Notes under the pieces: model-generated
Database searches by the model: none
What the model was told of the DNA's origin: nothing
Seen by the model: the letters and a program-made list of their open reading frames with translations, nothing else
Shown here: positions 1 to 13,649 of the stretch, one piece after another
How the letters are laid out: each line of letters starts with the position of its first letter
How positions within the stretch are numbered: position 1 is the stretch's first letter
Translations under genes and position numbers: made by a program
Assembly (NCBI GenBank): GCA_036172245.1
Contig: JAYWIR010000002.1
Coordinates: 1,302,001-1,366,000 of the forward strand
Direction of reading: 5' to 3'
From: Raillietiella orientalis
Lineage: Eukaryota
DNA length: 64,000 nt

Positions 1-3000
1 AACAGGCGGTTCACTCTCATACATCTGCGAACGCTTGGATGCTCCTATTTTCGAAGAATCTCTGGAGAGAGCTTGTGGTTTCCGGACACCAAGACAATGA
101 AACAGCTGAGCCAATCATCACAGCGATATTCAACACCACAGATCCCCGGCGCCGAGGATCTCCCGTGACTCCCAAAGCGGCTGGCTGATCTTGCAAGAAA
201 GCGTAGAGACATCGACCTTGCATGTAACAAGAGACCCACTATCCGGTTCTTGCAGTTTAGTGCAGGGCGGAGCTGTTTCGTTCCTTCTCCGCCAGAAGAC
301 TTTGAAACAAAGTGGTTGCGAGCTTTGGAAAACTAAATCTCCAGGAGACTCTCAAGTGGTTTTCCAGTTGGATTTTCCTGAAAGATTACCTTGGGCAGAT
401 AGATCGAGCAGAACCCACTTGCCAGCAGGAAACCCGAGACTTTCGATAACAATGACAAACGCAGCTTATTAATGGAGCCATAGAATAGGACCAGTAACAA
501 GCAGACTGAAGGTCGTGACTCCATCCTGGCTCTCTGCCTGTCCCATTCAGGAGAGAGCCATTGTTCCTGTTCCCAAAGCGATTTCTTGTCCGGAAACCAC
601 AATGAAGCATCTGGAGGGAGCAGGAGAGTCGGAACGACGCAGAAAGAAAAGAGCAAGACCGATCGGACTCGACTCCATCTGGGAAACGCGACCTTGCCAA
701 CTGTTGAGATGCTGCAAGAGTCATCTCTTGATTCTTTCTAGGAACGGTCGGAACCCGCCTTCTGGGTCTGTCGAGAAGGAGGAGAGAAAGAGAAAGAAAA
801 GGAGATCTGACGAAATCCTTCCTCTCTTTCCTCGGAATGAAGAGTGTCCATGCGCAGGAAGGGCATCCACGGGTCCAGAGCATCTGCAGCAGCTGCACAA
901 ACAGGGGGTTGGTGTCCCACAGTCAACAGCTACCCACGTCCAAGGTTCCCAGAAGAGCTAAGAGAGGAAGGGATGCTCCCAACGAGTCCATACACTTTGT
1001 TTCCTCTCCTCCTCCTTTCCCCCACTTATCCTTCCTCCTACCCAGAAAAGGGACAAAGAAAAAGTCTTCAATCCTGCTGAGATTTTCGCGTGACAGGAGC
1101 GTTAGAGAAAGAAAGAATGACTCTGATCGGCTGTACTCTTTCTGATGAGCAGGTCCAGAAAGGAGCTAGGTTCCTCATGGTGCCACCGCAGGAAGGGAAG
1201 GGCAGTTCGCCCTTCCCTTTTAGCCGAATAGCTTCAGTCTTCGACTCCCCTGGATCTTCTTGATGTCGCGAACTGCTCCCGTCTCCCAAGGGAGAAGGGG
1301 CTCTCCTGGACCTTCTCGAAGGACTGAAGGCGAGGGGCCCCCTGTAGGGAAGCAGCAGCTACAAAGGCAGGAAACGGATCCTCCTACGCCATGAGCTCTC
1401 CTCCCAGCAGGAGAGACTGCAGAGGCGTCTCTCGCGGCCAATGCGAGGAGGACGTTCGCTCTTTAGGTTTCCAGAACCAGTGGTAGGAGCTCGGGGGAAG
1501 GAAAGAGAGGCAGACTGTGCTTAGAATGGCGTCGTCAGCCGGACCTCCTTCCTCTCCGCATTACTCGTGTTGTCTCCAAAGGTAGAGCTGAGCAAGGTGT
1601 TGCCAGGGCGCCTCCCGCCTCTCCTCGGCGATCCTCAGGCGGGGGCGACTGCTGTACGAGAGCTTGCCTTCCTCTGAGGACAGCGCTTTCCGGCGGACAG
1701 AGACGATAAGGGACACAAGAGTGCTCCACCCCCCCCACCCTGTCCACCTCGGAGGGAGGTTGCGCGCTTCCTCCTCTTCCTCTGGAGGAGTCTTCCCAGC
1801 GCCACGCCCTCCGCGCCGGTGCTTCCTCAGGGCAGCAGCCGAGGCCCTTCGTCCCAGGGACGGAGACTCGAAGCGAGGGGCGGGCTCCCCCCAGCCTTCC
1901 TGCACAGCGGCGCTGCTGGTCCTGCCCTTCTCTCTTCTCCTCCGGAAAGTTTCCGTCCCTTGCTGCCGCGCGGGGGTAGCGATTCGCACTCACGCGGTGG
2001 AGTGTCCTCGCTGCTGCGTAGCGCGCGCCAATGACAGATTTGCGTGCCCCGGCGCGCGTGCGCGCACGAACCGGGTCTGAGCCGATCGATCGAGTTCCCC
2101 ACGCGGCGAGCGGCTCCTTCGGCCGAGGCTTCGCGGGACGACGACGATGCCCTTCCTCCTCGTGGGGCAGGGTCTCCGTGCCCCACCTCGAGGGGTTGGA
2201 TGCGCTCCTCACCCGCACACATCGCACGCGAGACATTCTCTGGAGGGCGTTTTCGTATCCCCAAGGAACTCATGTCTCCTCAGAGACATACGAAATCCTC
2301 TTCCACAAGTCGTGGTTCAACGTGTGCGCGCGATTCCGTCCCGCTGAGCGGGTGGCGCCGAAGGACCACCCGCTCAGCCTGGACCCGAAGTCCTAGCCGC
2401 CGCTTCCGGAAAGGACCCGCACTCAGGCGGAAAACGGCGCGGCTGTTCTCGTAGCCTTGCCATGGACATTCGGGAAGATGTACCATCCGCTCCAACCAGG
2501 ACTCCATTGGAGGCGAGGTCCTTCCTTCGCGAGAAGTGCCACACCTCAACGGCTCCCTCCCTCGAAGCGCCCTGGAGGACGCAGCCATGACTCCAGGGAA
2601 GGTTTACCAGCGTCCCCGGGTGGCGGGCCTCCGCGCACAATGGGAGCGGTGCGATCCGCGAGACCAGGGTCGGAAGAGAGCGTCCCACTCGTATTCATTG
2701 CCCGAGGATACGTGAGAGCAATGGGTCATTTCGTTTCTGACTGATGATTCGCGCCTGCATGAGTGAGCGACCTTTGACCTACGAACGCTTCTCCCCGTTC
2801 CCTTCGGAGAGCGCGCCACGCAGAAAACTCCCTCTTGGCCCACCTATGCTGTCCACTCGTGAACGTGGTCCGATGGCCGCTGCAGACTCCCGACGCGTAG
2901 AAACTGCGGCGTTGCCCGTCATCGGCCGATCTCAGCGCGACTGCGAACCTTTTTCGTTGTTGCTCACGTTGCTGCCGCTGAAGCGTGTCGATCGGTCTTC

Positions 3001-3532
3001 CACCAACGTTGCCTCCGGCACACCGCAAGGAGATTCTTCTCTGCGTAGGGACCACCGCTTCTGAGAGCGAAAGAACTGTTTTTCCTGAGAAGGACAGGAT
3101 CCAGACTGAGTGTCGGCTTGGAAAAGAGTCGCCCCAGGGACCTCCGTCCCTTCTCTCGACTCTCCCTCAAAAGGCTACTTTCAGAAGAGTAAGTACCCGT
3201 CCTGCATGCTGGGAAGCTTCGCAGGGAACCCTCGCGAGGAAAGTGAGAAGAGCCGGGAGAGGACTATCCAGGCTGGAGTTTTTTCTCTTCTCGGACGTTG
3301 CCAAGTCGGGAACCACGAGTAGCCTCTGACTTCTCTGCTGCTGCAGCCGTGATCTCAGAACAACAAAATAACAACAACGACAGCCGGTGGTTCTCATGCG
3401 AGCGGTTGGCTGTGCACCTCTCCTCCACTGGCCCGCCAAAGCGAACCCAAACTGCCTCCTCCCTTCCTTTCCTGCCTTCCGGAGCGCACGCGCAAAACGG
3501 AAGAGCTGTCCAACAGTAGCCTTTTATTGTCA

Positions 3533-6500
3533 TCACTCTAGGATGTTGTTGTTGCTGCTGGAGTTTTTGTTTTCGGAGGGAGTCTGTTCGTCCACGAACA
3601 GAGGGTTTTTCACTTCCATATCGCCAGCCTGAAACGGAACAGCACAGTGGTGACGATGCGTAGGCACGTGGCTTCTTCCCGCCTCATCCAGAACGGTCAA
3701 GAAGTACCCTTCACCCCCCTCCCCCTCCCCTTCGTCCTCCATATCGCGTGCGCGTCGCCGCGAAAAAGCTCGAAGCGAGGTCGAGACTGCGCGGGTTGCA
3801 CCGTCGCCCGAACTGTCGGAGGTCTGTGCACGCCTCCTTCTTCCCTCCTTGTAGGTAGAGCATGCCGGGGCGCAGGTCAAGCGCATCAGCAACCAAGCGA
3901 CGACAGGAAGCGCCCTACCCTAACACTGCGGCGTGGGTTTGAGGTCACCAAAACTGCGTGGGCTCCCCCACTTTCCCTTTCCTTCTCTCTTCACCGGCAA
4001 GGTACAAAAACCCTTTTCCCCAGCGCGTCGGAGATGGGGGTTCCGGGGGAAAGCCGTCGCTCGCGGGGAGATCGGAAGTGCCGGCGCGCGGAAATGTGTC
4101 GCCGAGGGGGAAGCGCCACGGGGAGCTGTCGCCGCTGCAGCACACACACAAGCACATGACGCATGACCCCGATCCGTTTCCGCGCGCGCCGCGAAACCAA
4201 TGTTTCGAGCGCCGTTCCCGAAACCGGAAGCTCGCGTTGCGTGGTGGATGTGTGGCCTCCCCTTCTCGGCTTCGGAGCCCAAAAAACAGCGCGTGGGCCG
4301 CGCGCGTTTGCGGCGTGGTACGCACGCGAGCAAAGCGTTGCGTGCCCTCCCACCGGGTGGTTCGGCAACGTCTTGGCCCGTTGACCTTTTCGAGATTTTC
4401 TAAGCACCTGCTGCGCGCTCAAGGGACTTTTGCCATCGACGCGTGTCGGGCACACCGCGGGTTCCGAGTGGCTTCGCCCCCTATTGTGGATCCCTGCGCT
4501 GCGGACTCCCATCTGAATGAGCGCGCTACTGACGTGTGGTTCGGAAGTGTAGGCGGGAGAGCGGCTCTGTGGTGTTCGAATGTGTGCTGCCACTTGCAAT
4601 CGTCTCTCCCTTCACTGGATTTATGGCCGTTTTGTTTCTTGTTTTTGCTCTACCCATAAAATGTAATGTATACACTTTCGCCGTGTTTCGAAGACGACCA
4701 GCAATTTTTTCTAATTCGTTCTGCCTCAAAACACGCACAAGTCCACTTTTGCATGCGTCATGCTTCCAATGGAAACGACGCAAACGGGAAACTTTTCTCT
4801 CTCTCACTTTTTCCCCTTAAGCCCCGTACATATACGCACACACATATACATCCTACATCTACATAATGAATGCATGTGCGTGTAATTTCATTGCGCAACT
4901 GCGTGTGTATACGCGATAAAGGATACACAACTTTGGTATGCATTGGAGGATATCTTCTCTGAGAGCTGCTGACGTCATCACGAGCATCACGAAAATCGAA
5001 ACGCGTCAGACGAGATTCCTGATTTCCAGAGATACATTTTCTCATTTCAGCTGTTTTTGTGTGTATTTCATTCTTTTTGTGTGTGTGCGTGTGTGTGTGT
5101 GTGTGTGCAGTTACAAATCTAAGCGATCGTTCGGCGACGATGATATATACAGTTAACGGCATCTCGCGGAACGTACCTGAACGGAGGAGAGAAAGGAGGG
5201 TGAGACCTAAAGCACGGGCAAAGACCGGCGACCGTGGCTGTGAAACGGTGGACGGACACACATTACCGATTCATGACGATGACTGGTGCAAGAATGCAAA
5301 AAGACGGGCTGAGAAATTGCGTCGTGCCGAGCGAACGAAGGTGGTGGTGTGGTAGTTAACACGGCGCGCAGCTGCCGCGAGAACGAACAGGCAACAGCAA
5401 GCGTGCATGGCTGGCGGCGCTGCCTCTGACTTTCGTGATCTTACTGAAACGCTTTTTTTCCCTTTTCCTTTTTCTTTCCTTCCTTTTCTTTTTTTGTTCA
5501 GTGCTCGCTTTGCCTTTTCGTGATTTCCCGATTGTGAGAGCGCAATGTCCTCTGAGATCGATGGCCTCCCTCCCCTACACACTCGCATCTCCCGGCTCAG
5601 AGATGTTTGATGGTTTTACCGACCTCGTGGAGGTACGCGGGAAACGCATATTCCGGGTTGGTCCCTGACTTCGTCGTTCCCCCCAACCTCCCCACCCACC
5701 CCCGCGGCCGATCTCGGATCGTTCGCCGGCTCTCTCTCTCCCCAGTCTGTTCACGCAGCAGAGTGAGCCTCAGGTCATGTCGGAGCTGCGCAGGCGACGA
5801 CGACGACTCCACTTTGCTCTTCGGAACGCCCATTTGCCTGGCGGCCGCTCTCGTTTTAATCCCCAGCGAGAGGCAGGAGGGAGGGGCGGGAAGGAAGAAA
5901 GAGAAAACGGCTCCTAGGCGACACTTGGCACTGGCTGGGCGATGACTTGTATTGTTGGTCTGCTCTCGACCCTCGATCCTCCCGGGCGACTGAGGGCGCC
6001 GGAAGGGACAGGGAAGTAGAAAGGAGAGGGATCTTGGTCCGGCAGCAGCAGCTTCACGAGCGCGGACCGCAAGCCGAGTTGTTTCCTCTCCTTCCTCCCT
6101 CGCCCTTCCTCTCGGGCGCTCCTTTCTTTTCCTGCACCCGCTTGCCTCGGTGACCGCCCCGAAGTGGGGGGAGGAAGGCAGTGGCCAGAAAGCTCGGAAG
6201 GAGCGGGTGACATGACGGGAATGGAAGAGGAGGATGAGCCGAGCCACCGAGGATCGTCTCCCGCGAAGAAAAAGGGGAGGGGACACCTACTGTTGCCAGT
6301 CCAGGACACTCGTACACCGTGTAGTCCTCGCATCCGTCCTCGTTGGACTCCACCTCGGAGGACGCGTTGTCGTCCTGGGTCCTGAAAGGAAGAAACGCTT
6401 CAGCGGCTGAGCTCGACCCTGAGGGGGTCAGAAATGCAGAGTGCATCCGCGCCGCCGAGGTGACAGGTCATGGGAGGGGGGAGAGCACCCGGAGCGAGTA

Positions 6501-9500
6501 AGGGGGCGGATACGAGAGTCAGAAGCAGGAAGGCACTCTTCCTGGACTCTCCTCCCGCGTCCAGCTGAGCCTGGCTGCTCTGCTCGCTCCGGTTGCTGCC
6601 CCTCCCCTGATCCGGATGAAGGGACGAAGGGGACGGATTTGGACGCCCACCTACGTTCTTGAGGAGGGAGAGGAGCATCCCTCCCAACCCAGGCTGAGGA
6701 AGAGCCTCTCAGCCCGGGGAGGAGCATCCCGATTTTCAGGAGCGCTCCGTGGAACCGACGGCGGAGTCAACCGACCCCCCGAGAGGCGACGGGGACGAAG
6801 GGAGTTCGCACTGAGGGCTGTCGCCGACAACACCATCATCTTTCCCCTTCCCTTCCCCTACTCACTCCTCCATGGCAATCATCTGCTGCTTCTGGTGCTG
6901 ATAGTGGTACATCTGCGCAGACTGCGCCAGCTTTGTGTCTCCGGAGGGTCTGTGGATCTCCTTCGAGCGCCTGGTGACCCCAAAGGCCGGGTAGTCGGCC
7001 TCGGCGGCGGCCTTGGACTTCCTTCTTGCGCTGAGGAGAAAAGATGAGGCGAGCGGGGGGGAAGGCGCAGGGGAGTCGAAGAAATGGACCTTAAGCAAAT
7101 GGAGGGGAGGAGGAGGGAAAGGAGGAAGGTTCTTTCCGGGGCTGCACACCTCTTTCCGTTTGCTGGGGGCCTCTCTATCTCCCTCCCGTATCCTCCTCCT
7201 TTATGAGAGCGGCGACTGCCCCCACTGGCTACAGAGTGTCTTCGTGCTGTATGCCAACGGATGGCCTCCAAGGACCTGACCTCGTCCACTCCCAAGGGCC
7301 CAACAAACTCCATGCAGGAGGCACGCGAAGATTGGAAAGTCCCACCTCACCGTCGACGCTGTCCGGGAGCGCCTCTTTGAGTCTTAGAGGGCACTGGAGG
7401 GTCTCCCGCCGGCCCTGGGATGAGACAGTCGATGCTGTTTTTCCGAGAGCCAACTAGAGGTGCCTCCTGGGAGCAGCTCTTCCGGTCCTCCCCACATCGA
7501 CTGGTGCGCGCGCACCACTCTCCTACTCTCTCCCCTCGCCATTCCCGCCGGATAGTTGGATGTCTTCCGGAGCCGGCGGACCAACGCCCAACAGCATGCA
7601 CGCGCCAGCAGCCCGTCGCTAGGCTTTTCCTAGGACTGCTTTCACCCCTCACCCCCATCCCCATGCAGCTATCCCAGAGAGCTGCTCTTAGCCATCTCTT
7701 CGCGGTGCTTCCGGAGGGGATGCCTCTCTGCCCACAAAGGTGATCTGACCAGCTCGGCGGGCGGGACGTGGGCTGAAAGGGAGAATCGCCCTCTGGGCTC
7801 CAAACTCGTTCAAGCCATTGTGGAACGAAAGGACGGGCAGGTGAGCCAGATTCGGGAGCCATAGCCGTCCTGCGCTCACCCTCTCCCCTCACACTCGGGA
7901 GCCAGCGGACCGAGGGAAGGAGAGCTCCCGATTCTCTTTTCGGGAAAGGGAACCCCCGCTCCCCCCGAAAAGGCTCAGCCGCGGAGGCTCAGCTCCATCA
8001 TCCCGAAGCATTCCGATGGTGCTTGGGGAGGAGGGACGGAAAAAAAACTCAGTCATCGAGAATGTTCGTTTGGTGGCTCCCCTTTCCCCGTCTCTGCCGG
8101 AGCAGGCGAATCCTGGAATCCGTCGCTGCGGGAAGAGACGCCTCCGGCTCTGCGGGACAAGGAGGTTCCCTCTTCCCCCTCCGGCGCTCCCAGAAGCTTT
8201 GACGGAGATCATCACGGCTACCTTCGTCTCCTCCTCTCCTCGTCTCCTCTTCCCTAGAAGAAGAGGAAGAACTGCTGCCTCCCTTGCCAGAAGGAGTCCG
8301 CGAACCGTGACATCAGTGCACCCTCCCGATTCCGGTCTCCCGGAGGCTGATCGGAGCACTGGAAGAGGAGATGAGCACATGGACGACGAGCACGATCTCC
8401 GTGCCCGGAAGCAGTAGCAGCAGCTCCACAGAGCCCGAGTTGAAACATCTCCCTTTCTTCCAGGACAGACCCCCTCCCTTTTCCTCTCCTCCACCAAAAG
8501 ATGAGGAGGAGGAGGGGGAGCTTAGCTGGGCGCCACCGCAGCTAAGGTGTTTTTCCTTCCCATCTCTCTCCTTCATGCCCGAGGGAGCAGGGGGGCGGGT
8601 GAGGGGTAGAGGAAGTGGGGACAGCTGCTCACCTGTACAAGTAGAAACCCACGACGGACATTAGGATGACCACCACGGAAGACAATCCGGCGACCACGGC
8701 TGGAAACGAAGAGAGATCGATCCCGGGAGCGTGTGAATTCTCCCCTAACCCTCCCTCCCTCAGTCCCCTTCCCTCTCCCGAGATAGAGAAACCTCCCCCC
8801 TTACCGACCAACAGGAAGTCCGAGGACATCCGCTCCTGCTGCACCTCCAGGACCCTCTTCTGTACGCTCCTTTCCGTCTGGATGGCGTCCTGCTTTCCGG
8901 AAACGGGATCTTGGGAAAAAATGGGGCGCAGGGGGGGTTAATTTCTCCGGGGCACACAGGTCGTCGTGCGCGCAGCAGGAGGAAGGCTAGTAGGGCAAGG
9001 CAGCGGGAGAAGGGATTTGGGAGTCTGCCTTTCCTCACGCATCCCAATCCTTCCGCCGTCTCCCAGAAACCTCCTGGTAGGGGCGAGGGGAGGAAGTGAG
9101 AGGAAGCAGCTCGGAGTATTTACGCAGAATCCCGAGGATGTTCCAGAGACACAAGGGGGGAGGGGGGAGCGCGGAGGATCGTTCGTTCCCTGGAAGAGGG
9201 TGCGTCCCGTCGCCTCGACAGGGCACCTCGTTTTTCCCGACGTAGTCACTCCTGCCAGGAAAGGAAGAAGAGGACGAAGGTAGGCCTCCTCCGGTCTCCG
9301 CAGGAGCTGAGGCCGCTGGCTCAGCAGCGGCAACCGAACTTCGAGGGGATCGCCGGTGGGGACGAGTCGAGACGAACGTCCCCGAGTAACAAACTCGCCC
9401 TTAAGGCAGGGGTAACGGAATGGGGCTCTGGGTCGATGGAGGGCAAGGAAAAGGGGAGAGAGGTGCAAGGAGAAGGGGCCGCCGATCCTGTGGACGCCTC

Positions 9501-9886
9501 CCTCTCCCGGAATGCATCTCGAAGAGCGCCCGGACGGTGATGGAAGGAAAGGAGGAGTGGGGGGGAAAGCGCGCGCGCCTCACCTTCCTCCTGAAGCTGC
9601 AAAGGGTGCGGTTCGCCGTCGGTTCTCGGACCCTGGGGAACGAGCATCCTCGGAACGCCGCGGGGCCGCGGAGCGAGGGCCCTCCAGGGCTTCTCGGTCC
9701 CCTCGGCCGGCTCGCGCAGCTCCTCCTGCAGGTCATGGAGCTTCCTGAGGAGTCTTACCACCCCCAGGTACTCTCTCAGGGTAGTCTCCTCGTCCCGGAA
9801 GTCCTGGACGTGGGGAGGCGGGAGCGCCCACCTCCTATGCAGGAATCCCAAGCGATCGAGCCGCGGAGATGGTCCTGGTAGCTGAC
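3533..9886 (-). CDS. NPDC1: NPDC1/cab-1-like single-pass membrane protein, spliced, 5'-partial. Exons (minus): ~9886-9584, 8909-8805, 8699-8633, 7030-6866, 6381-6291, 3628-3533
   Basis: Exons are joined by canonical GT..AG introns with consistent phases (1,1,2,2,0). They read ...MSSDFLLVAVVAGLSSVVVILMSVVGFYLYS (TM helix) ARRKSKAAAEADYPAFGVT...GDTKLAQSAQMYHYQHQKQQMIAMEE...EDYTVYECPGLAT-AGDMEVKNPLF...stop. KLAQSAQMYHYQHQKQQM and YTVYECPGLAxxGxMEVxNPLF are the hallmark C-terminal motifs of the NPDC1/CAB-1 family. The 5' boundary of the 9584 exon is uncertain and the signal-peptide exon was not located. Confidence 0.9.
5078..5107. repeat. (TG)n microsatellite with one interruption
   Basis: Directly visible, in the last NPDC1-like intron. 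Confidence 0.9.
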
Positions 9887-12800
9887 CTACGGCGATAGGC
9901 CGCGTGACCGTCCGTGAAGTCGAGACTGATAGGGCCCCCCACCTCCCGCCCCTAATGGCGGTTGGGATCCCCCGGGGGAGGATTGTCCATCCGCCCGCTA
10001 CCCTCTCCGTGTCCGTCCGTGAAGATTCCCTACTTTCCCACCTCCATCGATGGCCCGCGTATGATCTCTCCTATCTCCTCGATGGGGGCGAGGCCGGACG
10101 CGGAGGAGGTCGGTTTCGTTCTCTCAGCATTTCGCCTGGACGATGAGCAGGAAAGTGATGGGAGTTCTGTCCCGGGGCGATGGGAGGAACCGTTCGTTTC
10201 AGACTTCCTCGGTCCAGCGGCATGCAGTCGGCATATCTCTCCTTCCTCCCCCCGGATTTCTCTAGGGATGCGTTTGTGCCGAAGGAGGTGGCCTCTGTAG
10301 CTCCCAGTGCGGCATGGATGGTGAGTAGGAGCCCGACGTGTCGGCATTCCATGATGCTACGACTCCAGGATGAAGGTCGTACGCGCAAGCCAGTGAAGCA
10401 TCTTCCTCTCTTTCCGAGGGAGCAATTGGGGGGAGGAGCACCGATATGCGTTTTCCCAGGAATCTAGGGAGCGACAGGAGGAGGTTGAAGGAAGCGCCCG
10501 TCCCTCCCAGGGAGGCCGAAGCTTTCTGACCCCTGCAGCCGCGCCCCACTGAAGGGAGCGCCGCTACCCCGTAACCCCGAGTGTGGGCTCTTCCCTGAGG
10601 GAAGATGCCTATCCCTGGTGCATCAGTCGAACTTTGCCCCCTCCCCCCTTCCCCTATTTTGGGCCACGAAGAGGACTCTAGCGATTCTGAATTCCGGAGG
10701 AGACATGGATGGACCCTCTCGGGCTTCGGAGATGCACGAAGGATAAGCAAGCGCATCCGGGATATCCAGTAAAGCGAAGGGAGGGGAAAGAGAAAAGAAG
10801 CAGCACTCGCATCTGGGGAGAGGAGAAGTTCACCCCTTCTCACAGAGGGGAGAAAGGGGGGTGAATTTTTTGATTTCGCTGCTGCTGCTCTTCCTGCCCG
10901 CAGTCCAGGCGGGTGACCTGTCCGTTACCCGCGTTCACTTCCCCTTCCCTGTCGCTTTCCCTCCGGTGCCACCTCTTCTGGTTTCCGCAGCGTGGAATGA
11001 CAGACACCCTGTGCAAGTGCCCTCGGGGCTCTTGGCCCTCCGGAGGAAGAAGAGCCTCGAGCGGTCCTCTTCTTCCTTCTCCTCGGACAAGTGCGTCCCC
11101 CGGGATCGCCTTCCAAGCATCCTGCGGTTCCAGGAGGTCGAAAAGATGGCATCTCCCCCTCCTCCCTCGCATCTCCGATTCTGCACTTCGTTGCCATGGT
11201 GGCAGTACCTCCTGTACCACTTCTCCGAAGGATTCTCGGCGGCGACGGAGATGGTGGGAGCTGCGCGAGCAGCTGCCGCCGGGCAGTTGGGAGCGTGCGA
11301 GTGAGGCAGGTGGAGAAGGGATCAGGTCTGCGTCCTCTGGAGGAGGTGCTGCTTCCGCATGCTCTCCAATAGGGTTTCAGACTCAGCCAGCGCATCCCGG
11401 TAGGGAGGGATAGGGGGTGTGGGAAGAACATGAAAAGCCATGGCGGCGCCTGCGAACCCGCCGGGAACGCTCTGCCTCGCCGATTCCACTTTCATCCGCG
11501 GGCGTGCGAGGTACCGGGGATGACGTCAGAGGGGGAGGAGATCGATAGACACGCCGTTCTGAGGCAGCTGGGGGCTGCGTCTCGCTAGATTCCCGTCCGC
11601 TGGGGTCGCATCTCCCATCCCTCTCCGCCTGCGTGGACCTGCCGCTACGCACACGTCAGGTAGCCAGGACGGCTGGAGAGGCTGTATGGGGAGAGGGGAA
11701 GAGAGGGAAGATAGGAAATCCGGATTTCCGAACGAAGGACAGAATGTGTCGAAACTCCCTTTGAGCACGACGGTCCAGCGAGACGCGAGACGCAGGGACG
11801 CTGCACCGCCACCTCCACTGCGCGCACGAGCCCGGCGTCCCGGTCGGTTGACGGCCGGGCTCAGGGCATCGGGGGAAGAGGTGGGTGAGGAGGGGAAAAG
11901 GAAGCATTCCTGGAGCTGCTACCACCTCTCCCACACCCCTGAGGTGTGGGCAGAAAAATTTCTGTCCATCTCGTGGATCCCTTTCCGTCCAAGGAGAGGT
12001 GGGCACGAGGGGAACCGGGGAAGGGAAGGGAAGAGATGGGCGGGTGGCAGAGCAGCGCTACCTTGCCCGGGAGCTTCCCTGACATCCGCTCCTCTCCTTG
12101 GATCTCTCTGGACCCGGCTGCGAGTCTGCCAGGCTCCCTCGCCCCTCGTCCGGAGAGTACGACTCGTCGGGAACCACCTACCGCCTGATTCCTTACGCGG
12201 ACGACGGATTCCTCCCCTCTCCCCTTTTCTCGGGAGAGGACGGTCGAGTGAGGAGGCGGAGTCCCTGATGCCGCGTTCCCTGAGCCAGTTCAACATGTCG
12301 GGATGTAAACCGTGTGGTTGCAGTCGATGATGATCCACTGCTCCAGGCAGCTGTCAGAACGAACATTCCGTCCATGAACGGGGTAGGGTGCGCGCGTGCC
12401 CTTTCCCTACGCTCTCGCCACCAGGTCCTTCGCCACTTCACTCCCCTTTCAGACGGACGGGGAGACGTCCCTCTCCCTCGTCATCCAGAGTGATGCAGAG
12501 GCAACGACGTCCCTATTGCGTGTACGCGGTGCGGCAACAGCTGTTCCCTCCGCCGCCCTCGCCCTCCTCCTCTTCCCGCCCTCTCGTACGCTCATGCCAG
12601 TGACGCACGAGGCCTGCGCGCCGCTTCTTCCTCGCCCGCGACCTTGAGAACGCCGCTGCCGACCGCATCCAGCGATGGAGCTCCCCGGTGGCGGTGGCAC
12701 CTCCTGGAGGCCCCTCCGGCTCCCAGCCTTTCCTTCCCGTCCTCCTCCCCTTTAGCGAGGCAGGGCAGCGTCCAGAGTTGGCGATGCTCTGGACGGGAGC

Positions 12801-13525
12801 GCACGCGTGCCGCGAAGAGGCAGCATCTGGCTCCAAAGGCGGGAGTTCTGTGCACCCGGACCCACTCCCTTTCTTGGACGGGGGGGGAGCCTGGGTCGCG
12901 ACCCTTCACCCTCCTCTTCCTCTTCCCGTGAACCTTCCGCGTGCACGCTTGCCCCACGCTTCCACTACGGGAGGACGGCCAAAGGGCTGGGAAAACGAAC
13001 ACGTGTCCCCATTCTCCCCCCAATAAGGGGAGTGCTGCTCCCCTTCAGGGGAAGGAGACGAAAGGGCCCCTTCCAGCCATCGCTTCGGATGATGGCTCCC
13101 GTTGTCAAGACGACCTTCGGGTTCCGCGAGAAAGAAGCAGGAAAGAGGGAGCGGCAAGGGAAAGGGGGTAGAAAGCAGAGGAGAGAGGTGAGGGGATGAG
13201 AAAGGATGAAGGAGGGCTGAACTGGAAAAAAAAAAAAAAAAAACGGGCGCGCGCGCATCTGCGCCACGAAGGCGGAAGAGACGAGTCGACGGAAGAGGAG
13301 ACACAAGCGCGGGGCCGGGTGGGCGGACATGCGGGTGTTTCCAAAGATGTAGATGGAGAGAAGAGGCAGGTAGGCAGCAAGGGGGGGATCCCCTGGAGCC
13401 TTCCGCCATTTTTCCCCCCCGCTCCTCCTCCCTCCCTCCCTCCGCGTTCACTCGCTCGCCCGCCTCTTCCCCGGGCGGACTGCGTTACCGCCGCAGGGCG
13501 CGCGCGACGCCTACCGTGCGGGTAG

Positions 13526-13649
13526 CGGGCGGTTTCCAAGGGACGGAGGACGGCGCTGCAGAGTAAGGAGATGAGGTCCACGGTCCAGAGGAACTTCCCA
13601 GCCGCGGTCATGACCTGCGAGCATCACAACAGGCTGTCGTCAGGTAGCG
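13526..13649 (+). repeat. Dispersed ~125-bp repeat, copy 1
   Basis: Aligns by eye to 19195-19320 with 11 substitutions and one 2-nt indel (core ggcgctgcagagtaaggagatgaggtcc..ggtccagagg.acttcccagccgcggtcat). Confidence 0.9.

Noticed and set aside
1130-1190. Hammerhead-ribozyme-like words CTGATGAG...GAAA...CTC
   Set aside because: Stem III can be drawn, but stem II has no closing pair and stem I does not pair.
1193-1221. 11-bp hairpin followed by a T run, resembling a bacterial intrinsic terminator
   Set aside because: Eukaryotic context with no bacterial gene upstream. Purine/pyrimidine tracts make such stems common here.
10861-11304. Plus-strand ORF starting with a signal-peptide-like MNFLISLLLLFLPAVQA
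   Set aside because: Starts at GTG, is on the wrong strand for NPDC1, and the hydrophobicity derives from a CT-rich tract.
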